Virus record (IMG/VR): IMGVR_UViG_3300031555_004022
DNA from: an uncultured virus (IMG/VR IMGVR_UViG_3300031555_004022)
Lineage: Duplodnaviria; Heunggongvirae; Uroviricota; Caudoviricetes
Strand: one strand, 5' to 3'
Length of the DNA stretch: 64,000 nucleotides
The notes under the pieces were generated by a model, which was given only the letters and a program-made list of their open reading frames with translations, was not told the origin of the DNA and made no database searches. The translations under genes and the position numbers were made by a program. This document shows positions 27,745-37,565 of this stretch, piece after piece. Positions within the stretch are counted from its first letter, which is position 1, and each line of letters begins with the position of its first letter.

Positions 27745-28086
27745 TTAGTACAGGGCGTGGATTCCCTGCTTTGCTAAATAGTCCTTTTGGTCATGCTTGA
27801 CCTTTTCCGCGTATTCCAGCGCGGCGTGCATATCCCCGTTGCACTTGGCGTCCGGGATTCTCTGGACTGCCCTGGCTGTCGCCTCGGCCAGCGCGATCGC
27901 GGCCCAGGTCGCCTGGACGTTCATGAATTCCAGCTGCTCCTTGTTCTTCTCCCGGTCGTCCTTCTCTTTCTCCGCCTTCTCCACGCGGCGCTTGTAGTGC
28001 CACGCGATCAGGCCCATGACGGTCGTGGGAATAAGGGCAATAAAAGCCCAGATCCAGCCAGGGACGGTTATCGTGACTGCCTCCGT
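27745..28086 (-). CDS. Membrane protein of the lysis cassette (probable ACG start)
   Basis: N-terminal TM helix, CNGDMHAAL motif; AGGAGGT 7 nt upstream of ACG. Confidence 0.65.
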   Translation of the reverse strand, partial: TEAVTITVPGWIWAFIALIPTTVMGLIAWHYKRRVEKAEKEKDDREKNKEQLEFMNVQATWAAIALAEATARAVQRIPDAKCNGDMHAALEYAEKVKHDQKDYLAKQGIHALY

Positions 28087-28134
28087 TTTCTCCACCTCCT
28101 TCGGCGTGCTGCGGGTCTTGCCCAAAAAATAGAA

Positions 28135-28249
28135 ACAAGCACCGGGTGATTGATTGCTCATTCACTCGGTGCTTGTCTTGCACTTCCTGGGTGATATTGT
28201 ACAGCCTGGGGCGGCACGCCGCCACCCCAGGATTTTCCCACGGTTTTAC
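28135..28249 (-). promoter_or_regulatory. Late promoter/leader element, copy upstream of the lysis genes
   Basis: Repeat of 52529-52645 (48 of the first 49 nt identical); CCTGGGG-N13-CCCCAGG, TACAAT -10, long hairpin. Confidence 0.75.
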
Positions 28250-28255
28250 CGCAGA

Positions 28256-28702
28256 TCAGGCGCCGGTGACAGCTTCCCAGGCGGCGGCATAGTCCGCCGG
28301 GCTGAAGTTGGTGCCGTTGGCAGCGGTGCAGCGGTAGACGTTGCCGTCCGTCCAGATCATGCACTCGCCGCTTCTGTAGATGTCGTGGGCGCCCATAGGG
28401 GCCACCCAGGGCCGGGCGGTCTCCGGGCTGGTGCCGTGCAGCGGACGGTTGAAGGTGTACCAGGCAGCAGCGCCGGGCACGATGTCCGGATAGACCGCGT
28501 TGTCGTATGCCTGGAAGCACTCCCACGTCTGGCCGTCGGCGTTGTAGATTTCGCCGACCGCGTGGGTGCCTGCTGTCCAGTCCTCATACAGAGCGGACGC
28601 CCGGATGCGCTTGTCGTCGGTGTCGGCGGTCTCCCCTTTCAGGGCCAGCCGGGACAGGTAGATGGAGCTGGTCAGGGCCGCCAGCATTTTCTCGTCGATC
28701 AT
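28256..28702 (-). CDS. Phage tail-associated protein with carbohydrate-binding-like repeats
   Basis: W.AG....GE....DGQTWEC.Q; GAHDIY..GE.MIWTDG.VYRC. Confidence 0.65.
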   Translation of the reverse strand: MIDEKMLAALTSSIYLSRLALKGETADTDDKRIRASALYEDWTAGTHAVGEIYNADGQTWECFQAYDNAVYPDIVPGAAAWYTFNRPLHGTSPETARPWVAPMGAHDIYRSGECMIWTDGNVYRCTAANGTNFSPADYAAAWEAVTGA

Positions 28703-29121
28703 AGCGTCAGTCCTTTCTGGATCGCAGCGGTCAGGGCTGCCTGATCCGCTGCCAGCTGATTCACCGCGGCGGTCAGTTCCGCGCGGGTCATTACCTCACC
28801 GGTGTCTCCGCCTTCCGGCGTCTCCGGCTCGGTGTCTTCCTTGTCCTCGTCTTCAGAGGTTCCCAGGGACAGCAGCAGCTCGTCGTATTCGGCGGTGGTG
28901 ATCACCATGGCGGTCGCCACGGCCCGGTCGATGGTCTCCTTGCCGTACAGCTGGTAGATGTTGGCGCCTTTGGCGTCCAGGACGCCCTGGGCCTGGGTGT
29001 CAATGCAGCGGACGATCTCGCCGTTGCTGGGCTGCTTGTAGACGTAGACCGGCGGGGTCAGAGCTTCGACAGCGACGACGGTGCCGGTGTCGTCCATGAT
29101 TTTGATGTAGATGGTGGTCAT
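28699..29121 (-). CDS. Hypothetical phage protein
   Basis: AGGAGG RBS; ATGA overlap with the RT stop (MTTIYIKIMDD). Confidence 0.65.
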   Translation of the reverse strand: MTTIYIKIMDDTGTVVAVEALTPPVYVYKQPSNGEIVRCIDTQAQGVLDAKGANIYQLYGKETIDRAVATAMVITTAEYDELLLSLGTSEDEDKEDTEPETPEGGDTGEVMTRAELTAAVNQLAADQAALTAAIQKGLTL

Positions 29122-30386
29122 GCGCTGTTTCCTCCTTCTTTTGCGGACGTCTCCGTGTCCCACATTCTCCTGTACTGTTCCATTTCCTCGCGGGCGGCCT
29201 GTTCGCATCTCCAGTCTCGTTCACGCCGCAGCCGATCCTGTTCGATCACGATCTCCGGGAACAGCTGCGTGAACAGATTCCGCATAGACTGGCGTGTTCG
29301 CCAGGTATCGAAGCGGGCCGCGTGGCTGTCCCAGCTCTGGAAAGAGTTGTACACGTCACCCGGCAGCATTTCGCCATTGTTCAGCAGGTGCCGCAGCTTC
29401 TTCAGCTTCCGGCGCTGTCTGGTGACGCTGCGCGGGTAGATTCTCCGGACGATGTGGCCGGTCTGGGTGACGTATGTCCGGACTTTCAAGAAGGTGAAGC
29501 CGCGGGTCAGCTTCACGATCTGTGTCTTCCGGTCGCTCAACGTCAGCCCCACCTCCGCACACTTGGCGCGGATCGCGTCCATGCAGGTCTTCAGGAACTC
29601 CTTGTCTCGGTGGATCAGGTAGAAGTCGTCCATGTATCGACCGTAGTATTTGACGCCCAGGACTTCCTTCACGAAGTGATCCATGGCTCCAGGGATCGCC
29701 GGGGCCAGCACCTGGGAGACTTGGCTGCCCAGGCCCAGGCCAACGCCTTCCCCTGCCGGGGCCTTCGGGTCAAACTGTTTCACCATGTCCAGGATCAGCC
29801 GGACGATCCGCTCGTCCGTGAACTGCTTCCTGATCAGCTGCTCGACCGCCCAATGTGGGATGCTGTCAAAGAAGGATTTCAGGTCACCGATCAGGATGTA
29901 GCCCTCGGTGCCGTGTTCCCGGACGTGCTTCTCTAAATGGCACAGCATACGGCGGACGGCGAAGTCGTAGCCCTTGTTTTTCATGCAGGCGCCGTTGTCA
30001 TACACGAAGCTGCTGCCGATCACCGGCACCAGGGCGTAGTCGCACAGGCAGCGCTGCACCACGCGCTCACCGATCACGGTGCTTTTGATGTGGCGTTTCT
30101 TCCCGCGCTCGAAGATGTCGAACTCGAAGAAGTCCGGGCACCTGTACGTGCCCGCCAGCAGCTTCTGCTGGGTTCTGACCACGTTCAGGGGTGCCTGGGC
30201 GCTGTACCGCTGGACGCTGGCCTTCCAGCCCACATTCCGGCGGCACCGGCGGTATGCTGCATATAGGTGTTCATAGGTGAATACCTGGTCGAAGTTGCGC
30301 GCCGGGGCCAGTTTCGCAGCCCTGGCTGCTTCCCTTCTGGCCCTGCGTCGCAGGTATCGCTGTTGGTGTCGTTCTTTGCTGGTCAT
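29118..30386 (-). CDS. DGR reverse transcriptase
   Basis: GDLKSFFDSI, GLGLGSQVSQ, YGRYMDDF, GFTFL; adjacent TR and avd. Confidence 0.95.
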   Translation of the reverse strand: MTSKERHQQRYLRRRARREAARAAKLAPARNFDQVFTYEHLYAAYRRCRRNVGWKASVQRYSAQAPLNVVRTQQKLLAGTYRCPDFFEFDIFERGKKRHIKSTVIGERVVQRCLCDYALVPVIGSSFVYDNGACMKNKGYDFAVRRMLCHLEKHVREHGTEGYILIGDLKSFFDSIPHWAVEQLIRKQFTDERIVRLILDMVKQFDPKAPAGEGVGLGLGSQVSQVLAPAIPGAMDHFVKEVLGVKYYGRYMDDFYLIHRDKEFLKTCMDAIRAKCAEVGLTLSDRKTQIVKLTRGFTFLKVRTYVTQTGHIVRRIYPRSVTRQRRKLKKLRHLLNNGEMLPGDVYNSFQSWDSHAARFDTWRTRQSMRNLFTQLFPEIVIEQDRLRRERDWRCEQAAREEMEQYRRMWDTETSAKEGGNSA

Positions 30387-30623
30387 GTTAAAACCTCGCT
30401 TCGCCCCGCCCGACTGCCGGACGGTTGCGTATAGTCGTATAGGGTCACCGGGCATGAAACAGCACATAACCGTCAAGCGCTGCCATGCAAGAAGCGTCGT
30501 CCGCCCGGACCCGTCGGGGCGTATATTTACCTTTTCAGGAAGGTCACGGTCTCCTTCTCTCCTTCTCGGTTCTGATTTCGCTTTCGCTACTTTGTCTGCC
30601 AGGGAAGAAGCCGAACGTCGGGG

Positions 30624-30748
30624 AGAAGCCGAACGCGACGCCATTGGAGTTGGTCGCGTTGTTGTTGTTGGCGTTGCCGTTGTTGTTCACATTGCAGAAG
30701 TTCGTGGTGGACGAAGACAACGGGGAGCGCAGCCAGTAGTTGCCCGCG
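30624..30748 (-). repeat. DGR template repeat (TR)
   Basis: 125 bp with 13 AAY codons; differs from both VRs only at TR adenines. Confidence 0.95.
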
Positions 30749-30783
30749 CAAATTTACAGACCGTAACCTCATAGCCTGCCGCA

Positions 30784-31191
30784 TTACTGCGGCAGGTTTT
30801 TGTATCTCTTGCGATCCGCGTCAATGACGCCGTTGATCAGGGTGATCTCCTTGGCGATCATTGCCATCCATGCCGGAAGGATGTCCATGTTGATCCCATC
30901 CACCCGGCAGCAGACCTCGACCTCGCGGATCATGTCAGCATATACGCCCCTGGCGTCAATGAAATGGGCGCGCCGTTTCTGGACGTCGTGCTGGGTCGCC
31001 GGGTATATGTCGTTTCCTCTGGACAGGTGGCCTGCCGCTTCCGCGGCCAGGCCGATCAGTCTGGCGGAAGTGGTGAATCGTTCCGTCTTCGGGAATCTCT
31101 TGCATTTCCGCCGGGTGTAGATTTCGATCTCCATGGCATTATTCAGAAATTCCATGACGGACGTGTTCCGTCTTGCTCTGGGTACTGACGT
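30784..31191 (-). CDS. avd: Avd-like accessory variability determinant (probable ACG start at 31191; first ATG at 31155)
   Basis: Basic helical protein between VR and TR; FPK.ERF motif. Confidence 0.8.
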   Translation of the reverse strand, partial: TSVPRARRNTSVMEFLNNAMEIEIYTRRKCKRFPKTERFTTSARLIGLAAEAAGHLSRGNDIYPATQHDVQKRRAHFIDARGVYADMIREVEVCCRVDGINMDILPAWMAMIAKEITLINGVIDADRKRYKNLPQ

Positions 31192-31211
31192 ATTTCTTCA
31201 CCTCTTTCTTT

Positions 31212-31234
31212 TCTCCGCCCACAGGGGGCGGAGA
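31212..31234 (-). promoter_or_regulatory. GC-rich hairpin downstream of VR1 (DGR target-recognition element)
   Basis: TCTCCGCCC-N5-GGGCGGAGA just past the target stop codon. Confidence 0.7.
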
Positions 31235-31236
31235 TT

Positions 31237-34200
31237 TTATTGGGCGATATTGGATCGTAAACAGAAGCCGAACGCGACGCCAGAGGAGTAGGTCGCGGTG
31301 CCGTGGCCGGCGTTGCCGCCGGTGTTCACATTGCAGAAGTTCGTGGTGGACGAAGACAACGGGGAGCGCAGCCAGTAGTGGCCCGCGGCTCCGGTGCCGT
31401 TGTAGGTCTTCTTGATCCGGCTTGCATTGTCGGTGTAGCAGCTGAATGTCACCTCGTCCGCGCCTTCCGCCACCTCGTTCTTGTAGGGAACGTCTCCGGC
31501 GTTAAAGCCCAGCTCCGCCTGGCTTTCCAGGGTCAGATAGGTGTCCATGGACACGATGTCCGGGGAAGTGTTGCCCGCAGAAGACAGCACCGTGATCTTC
31601 TCGATCATAGTCCGGAAGAACTGCGGCAGGCCCGGCAGCACCACGTCGTTCAGGAAGTCCGGCATGGTCATTGCCGGGAAGCCGCCGACGTTGGTGTTCA
31701 CGTTGTTCATCTGTCTGTTTGCGTTCATCAGGCCGATCATGCCGAAGTACGGCCCGGCGAACTGGCCGATGCGTTCCGCAGACATGAAGTGCTTGTAGGA
31801 TCGCAGCGCCATGATGATCGACGTGTCGGCGAAGTTCGTGGTGCTGATCACCAGCCTGATCTTGTCGCCCTTGGCGAAGAAGTCCCGCTCCCGTCCATAG
31901 TACAGGATGCCGTAGAACTCCGAGGCCGTGTATGCGCTGACGTCCGCCGGGTCGTTAGAATACAGGTAGTCGTATTCAGACGGCACAGAATCCGGCAGCA
32001 CCGGCGTCACAAACAGGGCATGGACATCCAGGTCGGCCTGGACGTTGTTGGTGATGTTGTCCCAGCCCATCCAGACGGCGCCGTCGCTGCGGGTCAGATC
32101 AGCGCCTTCCCAGGCGCAGCTGCCATACGCCGCCACCTGGGAAGTCTGCAACAGACTGCTTTCGGCGTCGTCGTACCAGAAGCGGACGGTGTAGTACCGG
32201 ACAGACGCCGCGAAGACGGCGGTGATCACGGTGTCCATGACGATGTTCGTCAGGGGCTTGTCCCAGCCGGTGAAGGCGAAGGTCTCGCCCACGGTGGGTT
32301 CCCTGGTCGGTTTGCTGATCATGCCAGCGGTGACAGGGTTCAGGGCCGTGCCGCCGTAGCGGACGGTCTGGGTCGCTTCCGTGAAGCTGGTGCCGTCCCA
32401 GTTCTTGAAGGTGACCGTGTAGCTGGTCACGATCTCGCCATAGGACAACGCCAGATCCGGGAAGGCTGCGGTGATCGTGTCGATCTCCGCCTGGGTGATC
32501 ACGGCGCAGTATGCGCTGCCGGTCAGGACGAAGCCATCGATGGTCTCGCCCTGGGCGTCCATGCCGCCGGAAGTTTGCAAACGGGCCAGTCGTGTCAGCA
32601 CGTCGGCGTTGTCGTCGTTCCAGTTCACGCCGATCAGACGGCCACGGGCCAGGCCGGTCGCTGCCTTGCACAGGGCCAGGGTGTCGATCTTCGGGCAGTT
32701 CTCCACCCAGAGGGACAGCAGATTGGAGCCGTCCATGACGAAGGTCTCCAGCTTTACCAGATCGCGGGCCGCGAAGGCGGTGACCGCCGGGACGCGGGCG
32801 ATCCGCAGGGGCGCGCCCTTTGCGAAGGTCAGGCTGGTCATGCCGCTGCCGTTGCCGTAGAACTCTTCCAGGCTGGTCAGGTTGGACAGGTTCATGGCGC
32901 CGGTCAGGTTCGGCAGGCCGCGGACGTCCAGATACTCGATCAGCGTGTTATTGCCCAGGGACAGCTCGGTCATGTTCAGGTTTTCGTAGCCCGCCTCGTC
33001 GCAGCCGATCGGCAGCACCTGGAGCTTTTCCGCCTTCGTCAGGGTGACGAACTTGGTCTTCAGCTTCGACAGGTCGCCCAGCTTGGTCAGGTTGGACGCG
33101 GCGAAGATGTAGGTCTCGGTGTCGGTCAGGCTGTCCACGGGGCACTCCACCGTGTAGGTGACGTTCCGCTTTGCTCTGATCCGGACGGTGCCGTTCGTTC
33201 CGTACATGACCGTGATATACAGGTCAGAGTACGGGGTGATGTCGATATTGCCCGCCGCTGCGTTGCTGACCGTTGCGCGAAGGCTGATACAGTTGGCGCG
33301 GTCAGAGGTGTCGCAGTATTTGGAAGCAAAATAGACGTCCTGGTAGGTCTCGAACTGTTCGCGCCAGTATTCCTTCGTGCCGTGGCAGCGCTTCAGAAAT
33401 GCGGATTCGTTCGCCAGCAGCAGCGGCTCGAAATACTTATTCCACATATCCTCAATTCGCAGGGCTTCCGGGGTGATCGCCTGGTAGTCGTTGAATTTCT
33501 TGATGATGCGGGCAGCGTCCCAGGCGTCCTTGTTCTCCTTGTAGACGCGTTTCAGCTCGTCGTGCATCAGCCCGAAGATATTGACCCAGATGGTGTTGTC
33601 GTTGGCGTTGAAGACGTAGCTGTCGCCCACGATGTCGTCCAGCTCCAGGCCATAGGTGAAGGTGGCGCCGCCGGAGTTGTCGTTGCCTTCGCCGGTGTCG
33701 CCGTCGTACTGGCGCCGGAAGCTCCAGCGGTAGCCGCCGACCTCCGGATAGTAGTCATAGCACAGGAATGTGTTCTTGCTCCGGTTGTCGGTCATGCAAT
33801 GGCGTTCCGTCTTCAGCGCATGGAAAAGCGGCTGGTCGTGGATGAAGTAGTCGTCATATTCCGCCAGCCATTTCGCGTTGCGGTAGGCCGTGGTGTCGTT
33901 GGCATAGACGGTGCCGCCGATGATCACGGACGGCGTCAGGGGTTCACCGGTCGCCAGGTCGGGAGCCGTGGAGACGACCCAGGTCAGCAGCTCCTGGAAT
34001 TTGGCCTTCATGGCGTCGGTGGGGTTCTTCGGGTATGCGAACTCGAAGTTGCTGGTGCCTTCGGCGCCGTCCCAGGTCTCGGTGGTCAGGTCGTCAGACC
34101 GGAAACGGCATTGCAGCGAAATGTTGTTCAGCACCTCGACGCAGCACTGCTCCGGCCACTTCGTGCTGTCCCAGCCGAAGACGGCGAAATTCTTCTTGCT

Positions 34201-37116
34201 GTTGTTCATGTTGCCCGCGAAGTACAGCACGGTCTCACCAGCTGCCACGCTGCGGGCGCCGATGGATACCGTGTCGTCGGATGTGTTCGTGAAGAACACG
34301 GCGCAGGGGTGGCCCTCGATGGTGTCACGGACGCCGTCGGTCTTGCCTGCGAAGGGCACGGGGTTGTAGGTGTTGAACTCGTCACACAACACCACATTGT
34401 TCGCGCTTTCAGAGCTGGCGACGTCTGCCTTCAGGTTGAAGTAGTCGACCGGGATGCTGCTGGGCGTGAAGGCGTAGGACGTGATCGCGTCGCCCTTGCC
34501 GTTCGTGAAGCTGGTGGCCGTGGAGAAGTCGACGTCCAGGTTCAGGGCTGCCAGGATGTACTCCAGGGAGCTTGTGCCCTGGGCCTTGAAGGTGATGCCG
34601 GTGGCGATCAGGTGGTGGGTCTCGCCGCCCGCCACGTAGATGATCTCGATGTCGGCGGTGACCTCGTCGTCCTTGCCGGTGGTCATGCGCTTCGCCTTGA
34701 TATGGACAGAGCGCAGCTCCGTGTTCCTGGCCGTCAATTTGCTGATACTGATCTTGCCCTCGGTGTCAAAGATGTCGTTCCGCAGATAGCGGGCGACCAT
34801 TTCCTCCGGATCGGTGCAGTCGGCGATATAGTTGTCCAGGATTTCGTAGCGGTTCAGGCTGTTGCCGTACATCTTCACACGATAGATCCAGACGTCGGCG
34901 TCTTCGCTGCCGATGGTCAGCAGCTTTGCGGCGGTCTGCGTCCAGCTGTCGGTGCTGCCGTACTGGACGGGCTTCGCAGACGGGACGGCCTTCATGCACA
35001 CGTAGGCCAGGCTGTTCTCGTTGGATGCCTGGATGTTGACGTCCATCTCGATCTTCTTGCCCTCGCAGTACCGGACGTTGATGGTCTCCGCTTCCGATCC
35101 CACGGTGGCCTCCTGGGCCTGGACTTTGATGCCGACGTTGCCGGACATACAGTTGATCAGTTCGGCGTCGTAGTTCCGGACGTTGGTGGTCTTGAAAATC
35201 AGCTTGATCTCCTTGCCGTTGGTCTTGGCATTGTCAGAGAACAGACTGCAATCCGCCGTGACGTAGGTGCCGCGCTTGACCACGAAGGCCGTGACGCCGT
35301 CCTCGTCCAGCTGGAAGCCGCCACCAGTCCAGTCGAAATTATCAGAGAAGGTGAAGGGGTGATTCACTCCGGACTTGTCCGTATATCCGAAGTTAGCGCG
35401 GCCCGCTTCGCTGTTGCTATGGCCGCTGGGGTCGATGTCCAGCACCAGGCCGGACGTGATCGGCGCGATCGCATAGCCCAGGTCGGTCACGGTCAGGGTG
35501 ACGGTGTCGGCCACGGTGCCGCACACGACGGCCAGGGTCTCGGTGCCCACGGCCTTCGCCTTGTAGGCCCAGGTGTTCACCGCGCGACCCACGTCGGTCA
35601 GGATAGAGACGGTGGTGCCGTTTGCGCGCAGCTCGACGGACGTGGTCTCGTTTGCAGGGTCGACCGCCATAAACTTGACGGCGGCGGTGCCGTACTGGGG
35701 CACGGTCAGCTCCGGCTCCAGGACGGCCACGATCTTCGCGGTGGCTCCGGACACAGTCCAGATGCCCACGTGATGCAGGGCGTCGGTGGTCACGGTCTCG
35801 CCTGCGGCGTCCGCTTCCAGCCATGCCCGGATGGTATGGGCGCCATGGGACAGCGGGCCGATGGTGGTGCTGATCGTTCTGCCGGTGCTGGTGACGACTT
35901 CCGTGTATTCCACTTCGCCGTCGACCTCGACCTTCACCGTCTTGTCGCCGGTTCCGGTCGGCGCCAGGCGGATCGTCACGGCCTCGTCCTTGTGGTAGGC
36001 CATTTCGTCCAGGTTCCAGGTCAAGCCGAAGCTGGCGACGCCGATCGTGAAGGGCAAGTTCTTGCTGTTGCCGTAGGCGTCGGAGACGGTCAGGATCACG
36101 GTGCTGTCCTCGCCTTCGGTCAGGTATTTCCGGACGTCGAACTCGTTGTAGCCCTGCTCGATCTTGTAGGTCGCAACGCGGGAGCCGTTGACCGACCAGC
36201 TGGCCGTACCGGGGCCGGTGTTGCTGCCGTCTTCGGTGTCGGTGGACGACCACACGAAGGGCAAGATGCACGTCGGCTCGTCGGACATGATGGAGAAAAT
36301 GCGGCTTTCCAGGCTGCACGTCACCTTCAGCATGGAGCCGTAGCCGCCACCAGAGCCGCCACCAGAGCCAACGAAGAACGGGTCGAAGCCCTCGATGTCG
36401 ACGCCGTCCAGGGTCAGGTGCAGATAGCCTTCTTCGTCGATGTAGCCGGTATCGAAGGCGGTGCCGCCGGTGCCGCTTCCGACTTTGATGCCGTCGCCCA
36501 GTTTGGTCGTACCGCTCCGCAGGTACACCAGACCGGTCGCCGGGTCTTTGTAGATGTTGTCACCCTTTTCTGCCAGGGTGTTCCGCAGCGTCTTGATGAT
36601 CGTGTCGATGTCCACGGTCTGGGTCGCCCGGACTTTGCCGTCGGCGTCGACTTCGGTGACCTTGATGTACTGGCCTACCACGGCACCGGTGGGCATAGGA
36701 ACGAAGCCCACGACGTGCTTGTAGTTTTCGGATGCGGTCAGCATAGCCGCCACATTCTTGTGGACGTTGATCACGATCTGGAAGGTGTTGATCGCCTTAT
36801 GCTCCAGGATCAGGGTCACGCCCATGTGTACCGCGCCGGGTGCCGTCAGCACCTGGGGCGCCAGCTTTACGGTCAGGACATTGCCGGACACAGACCACGC
36901 CGTCTCGCCGTTGGGCATGGTGTCGTACTCGCCGCCGGTTCCGTCGGCCTTGACATAGTTCACGACCGCGGTGGCGCCGGTTGGGATGGGCCAGGGCGTG
37001 CCGTCGGTGACCAGGCTGATCTCCACGTTCCGGCTGTACTTGTCGTCCTGGATCGCCTCGATCTTCGGCTTGTCGTACCAGTTCAGATCCATTTCGATCT
37101 TGCTTGTCGCAATCAT
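31237..37116 (-). CDS. Large tail/receptor-binding protein, DGR target 1
   Basis: BppU-like N-terminus (QDDKYSRNVEI...YVKADG), LRR-like region, C-terminal YWLRSP...GVAFGFC CLec-like domain containing VR1. Confidence 0.9.
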   Translation of the reverse strand: MIATSKIEMDLNWYDKPKIEAIQDDKYSRNVEISLVTDGTPWPIPTGATAVVNYVKADGTGGEYDTMPNGETAWSVSGNVLTVKLAPQVLTAPGAVHMGVTLILEHKAINTFQIVINVHKNVAAMLTASENYKHVVGFVPMPTGAVVGQYIKVTEVDADGKVRATQTVDIDTIIKTLRNTLAEKGDNIYKDPATGLVYLRSGTTKLGDGIKVGSGTGGTAFDTGYIDEEGYLHLTLDGVDIEGFDPFFVGSGGGSGGGYGSMLKVTCSLESRIFSIMSDEPTCILPFVWSSTDTEDGSNTGPGTASWSVNGSRVATYKIEQGYNEFDVRKYLTEGEDSTVILTVSDAYGNSKNLPFTIGVASFGLTWNLDEMAYHKDEAVTIRLAPTGTGDKTVKVEVDGEVEYTEVVTSTGRTISTTIGPLSHGAHTIRAWLEADAAGETVTTDALHHVGIWTVSGATAKIVAVLEPELTVPQYGTAAVKFMAVDPANETTSVELRANGTTVSILTDVGRAVNTWAYKAKAVGTETLAVVCGTVADTVTLTVTDLGYAIAPITSGLVLDIDPSGHSNSEAGRANFGYTDKSGVNHPFTFSDNFDWTGGGFQLDEDGVTAFVVKRGTYVTADCSLFSDNAKTNGKEIKLIFKTTNVRNYDAELINCMSGNVGIKVQAQEATVGSEAETINVRYCEGKKIEMDVNIQASNENSLAYVCMKAVPSAKPVQYGSTDSWTQTAAKLLTIGSEDADVWIYRVKMYGNSLNRYEILDNYIADCTDPEEMVARYLRNDIFDTEGKISISKLTARNTELRSVHIKAKRMTTGKDDEVTADIEIIYVAGGETHHLIATGITFKAQGTSSLEYILAALNLDVDFSTATSFTNGKGDAITSYAFTPSSIPVDYFNLKADVASSESANNVVLCDEFNTYNPVPFAGKTDGVRDTIEGHPCAVFFTNTSDDTVSIGARSVAAGETVLYFAGNMNNSKKNFAVFGWDSTKWPEQCCVEVLNNISLQCRFRSDDLTTETWDGAEGTSNFEFAYPKNPTDAMKAKFQELLTWVVSTAPDLATGEPLTPSVIIGGTVYANDTTAYRNAKWLAEYDDYFIHDQPLFHALKTERHCMTDNRSKNTFLCYDYYPEVGGYRWSFRRQYDGDTGEGNDNSGGATFTYGLELDDIVGDSYVFNANDNTIWVNIFGLMHDELKRVYKENKDAWDAARIIKKFNDYQAITPEALRIEDMWNKYFEPLLLANESAFLKRCHGTKEYWREQFETYQDVYFASKYCDTSDRANCISLRATVSNAAAGNIDITPYSDLYITVMYGTNGTVRIRAKRNVTYTVECPVDSLTDTETYIFAASNLTKLGDLSKLKTKFVTLTKAEKLQVLPIGCDEAGYENLNMTELSLGNNTLIEYLDVRGLPNLTGAMNLSNLTSLEEFYGNGSGMTSLTFAKGAPLRIARVPAVTAFAARDLVKLETFVMDGSNLLSLWVENCPKIDTLALCKAATGLARGRLIGVNWNDDNADVLTRLARLQTSGGMDAQGETIDGFVLTGSAYCAVITQAEIDTITAAFPDLALSYGEIVTSYTVTFKNWDGTSFTEATQTVRYGGTALNPVTAGMISKPTREPTVGETFAFTGWDKPLTNIVMDTVITAVFAASVRYYTVRFWYDDAESSLLQTSQVAAYGSCAWEGADLTRSDGAVWMGWDNITNNVQADLDVHALFVTPVLPDSVPSEYDYLYSNDPADVSAYTASEFYGILYYGRERDFFAKGDKIRLVISTTNFADTSIIMALRSYKHFMSAERIGQFAGPYFGMIGLMNANRQMNNVNTNVGGFPAMTMPDFLNDVVLPGLPQFFRTMIEKITVLSSAGNTSPDIVSMDTYLTLESQAELGFNAGDVPYKNEVAEGADEVTFSCYTDNASRIKKTYNGTGAAGHYWLRSPLSSSTTNFCNVNTGGNAGHGTATYSSGVAFGFCLRSNIAQ
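31263..31387 (-). repeat. DGR variable repeat VR1
   Basis: 125 bp aligned without gaps to TR; 13 mismatches, all at TR adenines. Confidence 0.95.
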
Positions 37117-37133
37117 TGCTCACACTCCCTTCT

Positions 37134-37550
37134 TCACAGGCGGCCAGACACGAAGGTCTCCAGCGTTGCCGCCGCCTCGATCTGGTCGTCCATGTACCCC
37201 TCCACCAGGGTCAGGGTCGCCTGGTTGTTCTTCGTCACGGTGGCGCCGGTCTGGGCGTCGATCTCGTCGTACATATACGTGACCGCGGTGCCCTCGGTGG
37301 ACTGGAAAATGCAGAAGCTGGTCAGAGCGCCGGGGCGGTCTCCGCCGGGCAGTTTCTCCGCCAGGTAGTTCTCCAGGGCTTTCACCGCAGCAGCGGCGTC
37401 TTCCATTCCCTTCGTCAGCACCAGCGACCCGCGGATATTCCGCCTGGTCGGCTGGCCGGTGACGGTGTCGATCGTGGAATAGGTGTACGCGATACGGGTG
37501 CCCACGCGGGCGCGCATTGCCGTGACGGTTGTCAATTTCTTGATTTCCAT
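37134..37550 (-). CDS. Hypothetical tail-module protein
   Basis: In the tail operon; two similar halves (YTYSTID..TG / YMYDEID..TG). Confidence 0.65.
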   Translation of the reverse strand: MEIKKLTTVTAMRARVGTRIAYTYSTIDTVTGQPTRRNIRGSLVLTKGMEDAAAAVKALENYLAEKLPGGDRPGALTSFCIFQSTEGTAVTYMYDEIDAQTGATVTKNNQATLTLVEGYMDDQIEAAATLETFVSGRL

Positions 37551-37565
37551 GGTTGCCGCCTTTCG

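Noticed and set aside
29118..30644. RT as a group II intron, retron or Abi RT, and the 508-aa length from the ORF track
   Set aside because: The TR/VR pairs and avd identify a DGR. The extra N-terminal codons run through the TR and spacer, so the start at 30386 is preferred
30650..30690. GTT microsatellite
   Set aside because: These are the AAC codons of the DGR template repeat
31303..37368. 2021-aa plus-strand ORF and other long antisense ORFs in the prophage (e.g. 25969-27402, 40266-41624, 46133-47791, 46920-48269)
   Set aside because: Shadow frames of GC-rich real genes: no RBS, no recognisable motifs, fully overlapping well-supported minus-strand genes
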